A stretch of DNA of 64,000 bases from a virus (taxonomy: Duplodnaviria; Heunggongvirae; Uroviricota; Caudoviricetes), in the IMG/VR virus record IMGVR_UViG_3300031134_000466. One strand, 5' to 3'. Below the pieces are notes generated by a model. That model ran no database searches and was not told the DNA's origin. It worked only from the letters and a program-made list of their open reading frames with translations. The position numbers and the translations under genes are program-made. Shown here piece after piece: positions 26,372 to 35,979 of the stretch; the first letter of the stretch is position 1, and the number at the start of each line of letters is the position of its first letter.

Positions 26372-27676
26372 ATGGGAAAAATCATTGAAGAGACAATGCT
26401 TGTCATGGTTGACACAAAGAACAACAACAACAAGTTCTACCATGTCACATTGGATGATGCTAACGTCGTCACCAAGCGCTGGGGACGTGTAGGAGCTGAA
26501 GGAGCGAGTTCCGTCGAGACAACAGGCAAGATTGGTTACGAGCGAGCCATCAAGTCCAAAGAGAAAAAGGGCTACAAGGTCTCACCTATTGTTAGCACAG
26601 GTGTCACAGTCAAGAGTTCTGTCAACCACCTTGACGAAGTAGCTAAGAAGTTTCTGTCCAAGGACAGCGGAGACAGCCTTATCAGCAACCTCATTGACCG
26701 ACTCATCGCATCAAACCAGCACCAGATTATGGAGCAGTCCGGTGGTATGATTAAGATTACCGACGACGGAACCGTAAAGACCGCTCTCGGTGTTGTTGAC
26801 CTTTGCTCCATCAACTCTGCCCGAGACCTCATTGGTGAGATGCAGAAGAAGAAAACAGGGCAGACCAAGCTCCTGGAAGATTACCTCACCCTCATTCCTC
26901 AGAACATTGGGTACCGTCGTGGTTGGGAAGAGGACTTCCTGAAGACGGAAAACTTTGCCAAGCAGATGGACTTCTTGAAGCAGCTTGAGGATTCTGTGCA
27001 GTGGCGAAACACCACCGCACAGGTCACCACAGATGACGAAGACAAGTTCGACATCGATGCTCACAAAGACCTGTTCCGCATGAACCTTGCGAAGATTTCC
27101 GACAGCGGAAAAGACTTCGACCGTATCAACAAGATGTTTAAAGAAACACGCAACAACATGCACACATCACGTAACCTCAAACTTGTGAACGTGTATGCAG
27201 TGGAAGATGTCAAGGGCAAGGAAGCTTACGAAGCTGCTCAGAAGAAGTATGGAAACGTACGTGAACTCTGGCACGGAACAAAAGCCTCCAATGTTCTCTC
27301 CATTCTCACAAAGGGATTGTTCGTGCCTAACGCAGGTAGCGGTATCCCTGTGACAGGAAGAATGTTCGGTGATGGTGTCTACTTCAGTGACCAGAGCACC
27401 AAAAGCTTGAACTACGCCAACGGTTACTGGGATGGTTCACGCACCAGCCAGAACTGTTTCATGCTTCTGAACGATGTTGTCATGGGTCATGAGTACCGCC
27501 CTCAGCGTTGGGACTACAGCTCTCTCCGTCAGGCACACAAGGGCGTTGGAACTTCAGGTAAGCCTTACCAGTCCATCAGCGTTCGTGGTGGAACCTGTAA
27601 CGTTCGAAACAACGAAATGATTATTTGGAACACTGACCAGGTGGCTGTACGTTACCTCTGCGAATTTGGTAGCTAA
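26372..27676 (+). CDS. Poly(ADP-ribose) polymerase (PARP)-like protein: WGR domain + helical regulatory region + catalytic domain with H-Y-E triad
   Basis: WGR motif KFYHVTL...VVTKRWGRVGAEG...KKGYKV; catalytic LWHGTKASNVLSIL (His), GVYFSDQSTKS (Tyr), YANGY, NEMIIWN (Glu) in PARP order. Confidence 0.85.
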   Translation: MGKIIEETMLVMVDTKNNNNKFYHVTLDDANVVTKRWGRVGAEGASSVETTGKIGYERAIKSKEKKGYKVSPIVSTGVTVKSSVNHLDEVAKKFLSKDSGDSLISNLIDRLIASNQHQIMEQSGGMIKITDDGTVKTALGVVDLCSINSARDLIGEMQKKKTGQTKLLEDYLTLIPQNIGYRRGWEEDFLKTENFAKQMDFLKQLEDSVQWRNTTAQVTTDDEDKFDIDAHKDLFRMNLAKISDSGKDFDRINKMFKETRNNMHTSRNLKLVNVYAVEDVKGKEAYEAAQKKYGNVRELWHGTKASNVLSILTKGLFVPNAGSGIPVTGRMFGDGVYFSDQSTKSLNYANGYWDGSRTSQNCFMLLNDVVMGHEYRPQRWDYSSLRQAHKGVGTSGKPYQSISVRGGTCNVRNNEMIIWNTDQVAVRYLCEFGS

Positions 27677-27745
27677 TTGACAGCTTTTAGCCTATCTGCT
27701 GAAAATCACCAGAAAAGAAATATCGTATCAGTGATGCTGGTAAAG

Positions 27746-28399
27746 CTAATTGTGTTTTTTTGCAGGTACAGGTCTACTCATTGAATTTGCACTTCCTAAT
27801 ATGAATATTAACGCTGTGCTGGCTAAATTCAATATATTACTAAACGTTAAAACTAAATTTAGCCTTGATTGTTTTGTTTCACGGATTTCAGGATTGTAAA
27901 CATATTCTGGTACTTCTGCCAAGCATTTTTCTTTAGGAGTTAGGTTGTTGTACCAGGCAGCTGTTTGGGGCATGGAACCGGCACTATTTGAAACATTCGC
28001 ACATCGTTCGGCGGGAGTCATATTCTCTATTCGGGCGTCATTCAAAGAAGTTCCAATTACAATACTTTGCAGAAGGAAAGATATAACACTCAAAGTCAAG
28101 ATAAGACCAGGTAATTTTGATAAAGATTTTGTGTCATTGCCTCTTCTAAACCATAGGCTAATTGTAGGGGCTAAAATAGCTATAGTGAATATCAACGTGA
28201 GTACGTAAAATTGTTTCGTACTTATAAACTCAGCATATCGCATAAGTAACAAAACGATATTTACAGAAACATAAAATAACATCCAATACCAAAATTCACT
28301 TTTACTGGCTGTTCCTTGGGGCTTGAAACTACGTTCAAATCCATGGCGTATTGCTCTGAAAAAATTAACAGATTCTGCAACAGGGGGTATATAAGTCAT
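27746..28399 (-). CDS. Membrane protein (4-5 TM), unknown function
   Basis: Multiple hydrophobic helices; no motif recognised. Confidence 0.45.
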   Translation of the reverse strand: MTYIPPVAESVNFFRAIRHGFERSFKPQGTASKSEFWYWMLFYVSVNIVLLLMRYAEFISTKQFYVLTLIFTIAILAPTISLWFRRGNDTKSLSKLPGLILTLSVISFLLQSIVIGTSLNDARIENMTPAERCANVSNSAGSMPQTAAWYNNLTPKEKCLAEVPEYVYNPEIRETKQSRLNLVLTFSNILNLASTALIFILGSANSMSRPVPAKKHN

Positions 28400-28538
28400 A
28401 CATCTATATTCGGTTCAAAAGAACAAAATAACACTTAGATAACAGGCTATTGATCGGATGTAGAGAGGATGACATGTTTCTATAGTGCGTGTATCTCAGA
28501 TAATCTAAGGTTGTAATTCGCCTTGTTAGACATAAACT

Positions 28539-29579
28539 ATGACCACTGCTACTAAATGTGCCAAACCAAAAGGGGTATATTGCCGTTTGCACAACCCTGA
28601 ACCTCGTGGGTATGCTTCTGCATCAGAAGCGTTAAATAAAGCAGAGCAGGACTTCAACAAAGCCAACCCGATCAAATCTTCTTCTCCTGGTGTTTCTTTT
28701 CATAAAAACGGTGAGACTCGCACATTGCACAAAAGTGTTCCAGAGAACATTGCTGACCATATTGCTTTGAATCAAGAACAACTGTCTCACTTGTCAGACA
28801 TGCAGAAGAAAGCTTTGAACGGTTACACCGGCTTTGCTGCAGGTGTTTGCAATAGTGTGTTGTTAGCAAAAGAATTCGCTTATGAGTATTACGAAGATGC
28901 CCCTCTATGGAAAGAAGCCCCAGGAGGAGCGTGTGACTTTGTTTCTCGTGAAGATTTAGTTGACTACATGGAAACAATGGATGGTATCCTTGCTTCCCGC
29001 CAGGAACAATCCCGAGTTCTATACCGTGGTATTCCTATTTACTCAGAACTGCATGACGAGATTGGTAATGGCATAGGTAAAAAGCTGCCTTTCGCTGATG
29101 CTACTGGCTTAGCAGAGGGTTTGAGTGAATATTACAAGCCTGGTACTGTCATTAAGCATGACCATTACTTGTCCACAACAGCATCAGCGTATTATGCAGC
29201 TGACCGTACAGACAATTCCATCGGGACAAAAAAGAGCTATTACGATAGCAATGATGTACCAGTCGGTATTGTCTTTGAGCTGAAAACCAATGCTGGTTTG
29301 GATGTTACAGCTGCAGCTCGTCATCATTCTTATGAACGTGAAGTGGTGTTACCTCGTGAAACTTACTTCAAAGTTGTCAACGTGGACGTGAATCCACAAG
29401 CTTATGACACTGTTTCAGGATTCGATACGCTCAACCATCCTGAGGAGCGAGAGCAGAAAACTTTCACTCGCTTAGCTGCTGTTGTTCAGATGGTCGAAGT
29501 AGACAAAAACGGCAAAGAAATAACAGGTACTGCACCTCATAATCCAGAGAGAAAAATCAGCGACATCATTCCTGGATGA
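28539..29579 (+). CDS. Mono-ADP-ribosyltransferase (R-S-E class) with N-terminal Cys-KP-C-H module
   Basis: N-term KCAKPKGVYCRLH; Arg motif VLYRGI, Ser-Thr motif YLSTTAS, catalytic YEREVVLPRETYFKVV (E-x-E). Confidence 0.7.
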   Translation: MTTATKCAKPKGVYCRLHNPEPRGYASASEALNKAEQDFNKANPIKSSSPGVSFHKNGETRTLHKSVPENIADHIALNQEQLSHLSDMQKKALNGYTGFAAGVCNSVLLAKEFAYEYYEDAPLWKEAPGGACDFVSREDLVDYMETMDGILASRQEQSRVLYRGIPIYSELHDEIGNGIGKKLPFADATGLAEGLSEYYKPGTVIKHDHYLSTTASAYYAADRTDNSIGTKKSYYDSNDVPVGIVFELKTNAGLDVTAAARHHSYEREVVLPRETYFKVVNVDVNPQAYDTVSGFDTLNHPEEREQKTFTRLAAVVQMVEVDKNGKEITGTAPHNPERKISDIIPG

Positions 29580-29610
29580 CAGCACCTTTGTTGGATTACT
29601 CCAAATATAG

Positions 29611-29660
29611 TTAAAAAGCTGTGGCGCCACCTCTACAAAGGTGGCGCCACAGCTTTTTAA
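29611..29660. terminator. 21-bp perfect stem-loop between convergent genes
   Basis: ttaaaaagctgtggcgccacc tctacaaa ggtggcgccacagctttttaa. Confidence 0.55.
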
Positions 29661-29884
29661 CTTCTCATTTTCCTCTTATTAGCCATCTCCAATATTCTGT
29701 TGTATTCAACAACCTGCAGTAGAGCAGCACGTAGAGTATCTTCTAAGAACGCACCGTCTTTGTTTCGGTAGTCGGTACTGACTGAGATGTGATTGCCGTT
29801 CACAGTGAAGCGGATGAAGTTGGCTTCATGAGGCTGTGAGGCCGGGGATGGTTTTCCGAGGTGGAGTGATACGTTTTTTGACAT
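29657..29884 (-). CDS. Small hypothetical protein (75 aa)
   Basis: ATG at 29884 with GAAAGGA RBS; longer ORF to 29953 lacks RBS. Confidence 0.35.
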   Translation of the reverse strand: MSKNVSLHLGKPSPASQPHEANFIRFTVNGNHISVSTDYRNKDGAFLEDTLRAALLQVVEYNRILEMANKRKMRS

Positions 29885-30049
29885 GGTTATCCTTTCAGTT
29901 GGTGTTATTGACTGAAAAGATAAATTTGCGTTACATGTCTTAGATAGTATCACATTCGTTTAGGACTCGGACAGAATCACTTATCGGCTACTTGCTCGAA
30001 AGTGTGATGTTTTCAACTAAGCTGCATTCAAATATGGTAACCTGTAATT

Positions 30050-30460
30050 ATGACTAACGAAAACCTGACCATGCATGATGTCGAAGTTGATGACCAAGTA
30101 GAAATTATTTTCACTAACGGTGACCGAATCACAGGGACTGTGACTTCTCCTAACATCAGCTCCACAATGCGTATCCAGACCATTTTTGCTGGGGACACAT
30201 ACATCTCTTTGCACAACGTAGACAGCTACACGGTAAAGAAGGTCCACGACAAGCAGGAACCTTTCGAACCTGAAGGTGAAGGAGAAATCTGGGGTTACAT
30301 CCAGTACCAGGTTCGAGGTTTCGCTGCAATCAACAAGAAGCAGGTCCACCGTGACGCTAAGGGGCTATGGCACATGGATGGCAAGTCAGGAACCTGGGCG
30401 AGACTTCAGTTCAACATTGGTCAGGACTTCACATTTGTTCAGTTGGTGGAAGCTAACTGA
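30050..30460 (+). CDS. Hypothetical protein
   Basis: ORF only. Confidence 0.45.
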   Translation: MTNENLTMHDVEVDDQVEIIFTNGDRITGTVTSPNISSTMRIQTIFAGDTYISLHNVDSYTVKKVHDKQEPFEPEGEGEIWGYIQYQVRGFAAINKKQVHRDAKGLWHMDGKSGTWARLQFNIGQDFTFVQLVEAN

Positions 30461-30499
30461 GGTTGGTAGCATATGCTTACATCTTGTTAGAGATTAGGT

Positions 30500-31465
30500 A
30501 TGTGCTACCCCAAACCTGGTCCTCGCTGTTCAGCTCATGCTGCAGTTAAACTGGCGACTGTAAAACTCGCTTCTACCAGCGGTAGTCAAGATTTTGCCGA
30601 GTACTTAGCTCATCAGGAGCGTCTTGAAGAAGCTCAGCTGGAGTATGACATCACGCCAGCAGGTTTGAAAGATTTACAGGATTTAGTGGGTCAACGAAAT
30701 GACCCTGACGCTGAGCTCCGTTATTCCAAAGCTAAAGCCCTGAGAGCAAAGAAGTTGGCTTTGTTGCATGAAGACCAGAAACAAGAGCAAGGTCATACTC
30801 TTGCAAGGGTTCAAGGGGTAAATGAAGATTTTTGTTCTGATGAAATTGTTCGTTCTAACAAAGATGCTGGAATCACATCCGCAGCTTTAGTAGCTGAAGC
30901 TGAACCGTGGTTTAATCAGTTGAACGATGATGAACTTTCTCAAATGCACTGGATGACCGACTATGGTTCAATGGAAGCTAATACGCACATCGCAGGAACC
31001 AATGACCATAAACGTTTTGGTGGTCTATTCTCTGCAGAGAACTTGGAATCTCGTATGGTTCAAGTTGACTCGGCTTTGAGTAAGTTTGAGTCACATCATG
31101 ATGAAGTTGTCTACAGGGGCTTTCGTGAAGGCTCTCTTCCCTCTGCTATGGCAAACAACTACCGGGTATCAGATGATGTGAAGCAAGCTGCAGTTCTGAA
31201 ATCTTTCACCGTAGGTGAAGTCTACAAGTCTGATTTCTACATGCCAACTTCTGTACAGCCTGAAGAGGCTGCTCGTTTTGCTGATTTCGGTTGCGTCATG
31301 GAAATCAAAACCCGCAAAGCTGCTCCTGTATCTGCCATTTCTGAAGTTCCCCGTGAGTCAGAAAAACTGATTGGTCGTAACAGTGAATTCAAAGTCGTGG
31401 CAATCAAAGAGAACATCATGTACGGCATTAAGAGAATGACTGTTGTTCAGTTAGAGCAACTCTAA
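30500..31465 (+). CDS. Mono-ADP-ribosyltransferase (R-S-E class) with N-terminal MCYPKPGPRCSAHA module
   Basis: Arg motif VVYRGF, Ser-Thr motif YMPTSV, catalytic PRESEKLIGRNSEFKVV (E-x-E). Confidence 0.7.
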   Translation: MCYPKPGPRCSAHAAVKLATVKLASTSGSQDFAEYLAHQERLEEAQLEYDITPAGLKDLQDLVGQRNDPDAELRYSKAKALRAKKLALLHEDQKQEQGHTLARVQGVNEDFCSDEIVRSNKDAGITSAALVAEAEPWFNQLNDDELSQMHWMTDYGSMEANTHIAGTNDHKRFGGLFSAENLESRMVQVDSALSKFESHHDEVVYRGFREGSLPSAMANNYRVSDDVKQAAVLKSFTVGEVYKSDFYMPTSVQPEEAARFADFGCVMEIKTRKAAPVSAISEVPRESEKLIGRNSEFKVVAIKENIMYGIKRMTVVQLEQL

Positions 31466-31547
31466 TTTTCATTCATAAGCCTTTTCTGAGGCGTTTCACA
31501 AGAATCTGCTAGGCTCCTGCTAAGAAACATTAGTTAAGGAGACTCTC

Positions 31548-32480
31548 TTGGTCGGTTTCATTATTTTTGCAGTGATCGCGTTCATCGCTGTTATTGTTTG
31601 GCGTAAATTCTCTAAACAGTCAAAACTTGTCAGTCGCACAGCCGGCGGTGCAGGTGTTCTGTTCGGTCTGATCGCTGCAGCATGCCTGGTAGGGGCTATG
31701 GCGTACACTCAGGACCCTGGTGAGGCTGTTGTGCAGCGTGACACCATCACAGGTAAGATCGTCGGTCAGACGACCACTGAAGGCTTGTACTTCAAAGCTC
31801 CTTGGGTTGACACTGTGACTTTCAACATTCGAAACCAGAAAGTATCTTTCGCTGGAAGTGCTGAGACCGGCTACAACGACAACGCTGGTGGTGCAGCTGA
31901 CGGAGCTCAGGTCACTGTGCAGGACAAAGAAGGTGTTTCTTCCAACATTGACATCACCTTACGTTATTCGATCAAAGCTGATTCAGTGACTGACATCTAC
32001 CGTCAGTTCAAAGATGAAGACAACTTCAAGAGTTCCTTCATTACTCAGGACATCCGTTCCGTAGTTCGTTCAGTGCCAACACAGTTCACAACCCTTGAAC
32101 TCATCACTAAGCGAGGCGAAATCGAAGCTCAGATTCTTGAAGCTTTGGAAGACCGTTGGAAATCAGAAGGCGTCATCATTGATTCAATCTCCTTACAGGA
32201 AATCCGAGTACCTGAAAGCGTGAAAGAAGCTTACGCTTCAGCCCAAGAAGCTCAGATTAACGTTGAGAAAGAACGATCCAACTTGGAAGCTGAAGAAGTG
32301 AAAGCTCAGCAGAAAGTCGCTAACGCTACAGCTGAAGCAGAAGCTAACCGACTGCTTACCGAATCTTTGAACGACAACGTTCTGAAGCAGCGATACCTGG
32401 ACACTTTGAGTGAACTTGGTAAAGACGGTAACGTCATTGTTGTTCCTGAAGGATTCAACGCTTTAGGTTCAATCAAGTAA
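31548..32480 (+). CDS. SPFH/Band-7 (stomatin/prohibitin/HflK-like) membrane protein
   Basis: N-terminal TM helix, SPFH core, C-terminal Ala/Glu-rich coiled coil (EAQINVEKERSNLEAEEVKAQQKVANATAEAEANRLL). Confidence 0.7.
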   Translation: MVGFIIFAVIAFIAVIVWRKFSKQSKLVSRTAGGAGVLFGLIAAACLVGAMAYTQDPGEAVVQRDTITGKIVGQTTTEGLYFKAPWVDTVTFNIRNQKVSFAGSAETGYNDNAGGAADGAQVTVQDKEGVSSNIDITLRYSIKADSVTDIYRQFKDEDNFKSSFITQDIRSVVRSVPTQFTTLELITKRGEIEAQILEALEDRWKSEGVIIDSISLQEIRVPESVKEAYASAQEAQINVEKERSNLEAEEVKAQQKVANATAEAEANRLLTESLNDNVLKQRYLDTLSELGKDGNVIVVPEGFNALGSIK

Positions 32481-32486
32481 TTTCTC

Positions 32487-32542
32487 CTTAACTAAGTAAC
32501 GGGAACCCATAGATATTACTGGGTTCCCGTTACTTAGTTAAG
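32487..32542. terminator. 23-bp perfect stem-loop between convergent genes
   Basis: cttaactaagtaacgggaaccca ... tgggttcccgttacttagttaag. Confidence 0.55.
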
Positions 32543-32545
32543 CTG

Positions 32546-32866
32546 TTAGTCGCAGCCGCCGCCTCCACCGCTGTCGCTACTGCCGCCTGAATCGCTTCCG
32601 CCAGAGTAACCTCCGCTGGAGCCGCTGTCACCAGAGTAGCTGCTGAACCAGGTGGAAGTTCCAGAATCTGAAGAACTTGAGCTGAAAGATGAACGAGACG
32701 AACGACCAGCGCTTGAACGGTGAGTGGTCTGAGTTGAGTTGAAACTCTCAGAAAGAGTAGGCTCTCGGTACGTCTGCGAAGATGACCTACTGCGGAACAC
32801 CAGCACTGCGATAACAGCTACAACAGCGATAGCTGCCAGAATCAGGATAATAGTAAGGGTTGTCAT
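32546..32866 (-). CDS. Small single-TM protein with Ser/Gly-rich low-complexity tail
   Basis: MTTLTIILILAAIAVVAVIAVLVF anchor then SSxSSSDSGGG repeats. Confidence 0.4.
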   Translation of the reverse strand: MTTLTIILILAAIAVVAVIAVLVFRSRSSSQTYREPTLSESFNSTQTTHRSSAGRSSRSSFSSSSSDSGTSTWFSSYSGDSGSSGGYSGGSDSGGSSDSGGGGGCD

Positions 32867-32920
32867 GGTCTGATGCTAACATAGAAGGAAGGCAAAAGTC
32901 AACAACCCGATAAGGTAGAC

Positions 32921-33580
32921 ATGGTAGACGTAAAGATTTTAGACTCATTTCCTTCTTCTGAAGAGCTGCAAAAGCGTGCAGAGTTGTCAGTAGAGATTCA
33001 GTTAGCGTTAGAAGAAAGTCAAGGCTGGACTCATCCGTTCAGTAAGAAAGATTTGTTTTCTCAGAAGTCAGACTCGGTTGGTGGTTACACTGAATACCAT
33101 TGGGAAGATGGTGGTGGACAGTCACTGACAATTTTCTTTGCAGACAACCAAATTCTCTTACTGGCTTATGACCACGAATGCTCATCTAACTTCTATTCAG
33201 GGGAAGACGAAGATATTGCTAATCAAATTGCTATGTATGAAGGCGTACCAGAAAACCTGATGCGTTTTGTCTCTAACGTAGATGAAAATCCTTGGAATCT
33301 GAACATCGAACTGGATGATGACGGAGAAAAGACAATCTCTTCTGCTTCGTTCGTTGCATGGTTTGATGGTGAAAAGTGGAACCATGCACCTAACCTGGAA
33401 CAGTTACTGGGTAGATACAATGAAGACGGCGGGTTAGGGTATTGTTCAGCACATCTCGTCCCAGAAGAAAAGGTTCTGTCCGAAGAAAGCGTTCGTCAGT
33501 ACTATTTCGAAGCTGGTTATGACGAAGACGAACTGCTGGAGGTAGTTGTAGCAACGTACAGAAAGTTCATGGCTTCATGA
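32921..33580 (+). CDS. Hypothetical acidic protein
   Basis: ORF; 4-nt overlap with next gene. Confidence 0.45.
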   Translation: MVDVKILDSFPSSEELQKRAELSVEIQLALEESQGWTHPFSKKDLFSQKSDSVGGYTEYHWEDGGGQSLTIFFADNQILLLAYDHECSSNFYSGEDEDIANQIAMYEGVPENLMRFVSNVDENPWNLNIELDDDGEKTISSASFVAWFDGEKWNHAPNLEQLLGRYNEDGGLGYCSAHLVPEEKVLSEESVRQYYFEAGYDEDELLEVVVATYRKFMAS

Positions 33581-34143
33581 GAGAACAAGAAGAACTGTTC
33601 TTCCAAGCACTAAGAGCTAAACACAACAAAGCAGCCATCCTCAAAGAAGTCACCATGCCTGACGAACCAGCTGCATTAATTTACCGCACTCGTCAAGCAC
33701 AATCGTCTCCACGGTACAGAGCCTGGTTCGATAAAAAAGGACTTACTTACGATGGTGTGGTTCCTGATGATTACGACATGGCTAAAGCTAAGCTCACCAG
33801 ACGTATTGACTTTCTCATGTTCGAAGGCCCCTCAGTAACAGCCATCGAGATGAAAGTTTCCAAAGCTGATTTCAGAAGAGATACTGAGGACAAAAGGAGA
33901 GCTTGGAAAGCTGTCACAAACCGATTTGTTTACCTCACGCCTAAAGGATTGTTATCCCCTGAGGATATCCCCGAAGGTTGCGGGTTGTGGGAGTTTGAGA
34001 ATGGAAAAATTGTTGTCATCAAAAAGTCTAAAACGAATAACGATCCAGAGCCTTTCCCAGCATCCATGGTGAAATATTTTGCTTGGAGAGCCTTCGCTGC
34101 TGAAGCAACTAATCCAAGAAGAGCCAGAAGACGTAGACGCTAA
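33577..34143 (+). CDS. Hypothetical protein, possible PD-(D/E)xK nuclease-like core, basic C-terminal tail
   Basis: D...EMKVSKADF arrangement; RRARRRRR tail; weak call. Confidence 0.3.
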   Translation: MREQEELFFQALRAKHNKAAILKEVTMPDEPAALIYRTRQAQSSPRYRAWFDKKGLTYDGVVPDDYDMAKAKLTRRIDFLMFEGPSVTAIEMKVSKADFRRDTEDKRRAWKAVTNRFVYLTPKGLLSPEDIPEGCGLWEFENGKIVVIKKSKTNNDPEPFPASMVKYFAWRAFAAEATNPRRARRRRR

Positions 34144-34350
34144 ATCGCTGAAAATGACTTTACCTCAAAAAAGCTGTTAAACTTATGGGGCAGTAGAAAA
34201 ACGGCAAGCGTCATCAAATTTCTTTTGAAGAAAATACCTTTTAGTTCGGTTAAGGATGAAAATCGTCCGATAACATTAAAAGGTTAGTTCTTCTTGATTC
34301 GGGGGATAAAGAAAACTGATGACATGTGTAACTTTCTTCCGTTACACACT

Positions 34351-34392
34351 GCGGGGCCCAGGTACTAAGTACTTGGGCCCCGCATCTTTTTT
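34351..34392 (+). terminator. GC-rich 16-bp stem-loop followed by T6 run (classic intrinsic terminator)
   Basis: gcggggcccaggtact aa agtacttgggccccgc atctttttt. Confidence 0.55.
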
Positions 34393-34403
34393 ACCTGTAA
34401 CAG

Positions 34404-35891
34404 TTAGCCTACGAAGGTTACTCCAGTAGTGGTTCTGTCATACTGTGTCCATGTTGTTCCGTTGGATGGTCCATAGAAATGGGTAGTCAAACTACCTGTC
34501 TTTGTATCAAACTCCAGAGTTCGTACAGGGTTGGTGGTGTTTGAATGGAATGTTCCCAGGTAAGAAACAATCTTGTTGCCGTTCACTCCCACATCTTCAC
34601 GGTAACCAGCTTCACCGACATGGCCAGATAAGACAACTTTGATGTTTGGGTACTGCTTGACAAGGTTGTCATACACATACTGAGCTGAGTTACTTCCATA
34701 ACTGGCTGACTGGTCAATACTTCCATCACCGTTCAAATACGAATGAGTGGAAACAATAACATTGTAGTCAGGATGTGCAGCTACGACAGTTTTTGCCCAG
34801 TCAACGACCTCAGTGCGTGGCCAGAGTTCCAGAGTCAAAACCAACCACTTTTTGTCAGCAGCGTTGAAAGTCTGGTAAGCATTGTCAACTTTTCCAGTTT
34901 CGAAGGTTGTGATACCTGGGTAACGTGAAGGACTGAAGTAGCTATTGAAAGTGGTGGTGTTTCGCACTAAAGTGCGAGTGTTCTTAGGGTCAGCAGCAGA
35001 ACCGCCAACACCTACAGCAGCTGTATCATGGTTTCCGATGGTAAGAGAATTCTGGATTTTGTTGTCATCTAACACCTTCATGGCTTTGGATGCAACAGCG
35101 TACTGTTCGTGATTTGGAGTATCCCAATTGACGACATCACCAGTATGGTTCACATATCGCAAATCTAAAGCGTTTTTGTTATCAACAAGCCATTGTGTAC
35201 GGTTCACAAATCGAGTGTCTGTTCCAACTTCTTGTTGGGTGTCTGGAATCACAGCCATTGTGAACTTGCCGTCAGCATCAGCAGGATTTACTGGCGGAGT
35301 TGTTGGTGGTGTAACAACAGGGGAAGGTTTAGCTCCGTAGAATGAGATTCCTTCGGCTGCCCAGCCGGCTGTTGTCAGGGCAGTTCTTTCGGCTTCAGTT
35401 GTCGCATAACGATGCTTACCACTTTTTTGGAAACGGTAGACTGGTTGGCTGCCAGAAAGGTTTTTGGTTGAAGCGTAGAAATTGATTCCTTGCTCTGTGT
35501 AACCATATTTACTTTGGGCAACGGCAAGTTCATTAGAGGAAGAAGATTTTGCTATCCAGATGAAATCGCCGTTCTTGTGAAGACGGTAGACTGGCACTAA
35601 CCCTGTTTTTTGGTCGTGGTTAGCTTTGAAAACAATCCCTTTGGTTTCTGTGAAGCCATAGCTGTTTTTAGCACTGTCAATTTCTTTTGAGTTGACAGTG
35701 AGTAGATTAGCTTGGCTTTTAGGGTTGATTGACTGATAAACATCTGTCGTCATTGAAGACAGAATAGATGCATCAGAGGGAGCGGTCGCAGCTGAAGCGG
35801 ATGTAGCTGTAGCGAAAGGTAGAACAAGTGTAGCTAATAGTACGACGCCTAAAGTCCTAAATCGGACAGGTTGCGTTTGATTGTGGTTCAC
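34404..35891 (-). CDS. Secreted metallophosphoesterase with N-terminal tandem ~45-aa repeats
   Basis: Signal peptide; repeats PVYR(L/F)xKxG....Y....E........GW..EGI.FY x2-3; C-terminal AVIPDTQQE, NHTGDVVN, GNHD, STHSY, GHVGE phosphoesterase motifs. Confidence 0.7.
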   Translation of the reverse strand: MNHNQTQPVRFRTLGVVLLATLVLPFATATSASAATAPSDASILSSMTTDVYQSINPKSQANLLTVNSKEIDSAKNSYGFTETKGIVFKANHDQKTGLVPVYRLHKNGDFIWIAKSSSSNELAVAQSKYGYTEQGINFYASTKNLSGSQPVYRFQKSGKHRYATTEAERTALTTAGWAAEGISFYGAKPSPVVTPPTTPPVNPADADGKFTMAVIPDTQQEVGTDTRFVNRTQWLVDNKNALDLRYVNHTGDVVNWDTPNHEQYAVASKAMKVLDDNKIQNSLTIGNHDTAAVGVGGSAADPKNTRTLVRNTTTFNSYFSPSRYPGITTFETGKVDNAYQTFNAADKKWLVLTLELWPRTEVVDWAKTVVAAHPDYNVIVSTHSYLNGDGSIDQSASYGSNSAQYVYDNLVKQYPNIKVVLSGHVGEAGYREDVGVNGNKIVSYLGTFHSNTTNPVRTLEFDTKTGSLTTHFYGPSNGTTWTQYDRTTTGVTFVG

Positions 35892-35979
35892 GTATTACCC
35901 CTTTATTATCCCCTGTTTAGGTTGCAAAGGTAATCGGCTTCTATCCCTCGTTTGGGGGTCAAGAACGTGAATTTATTAT

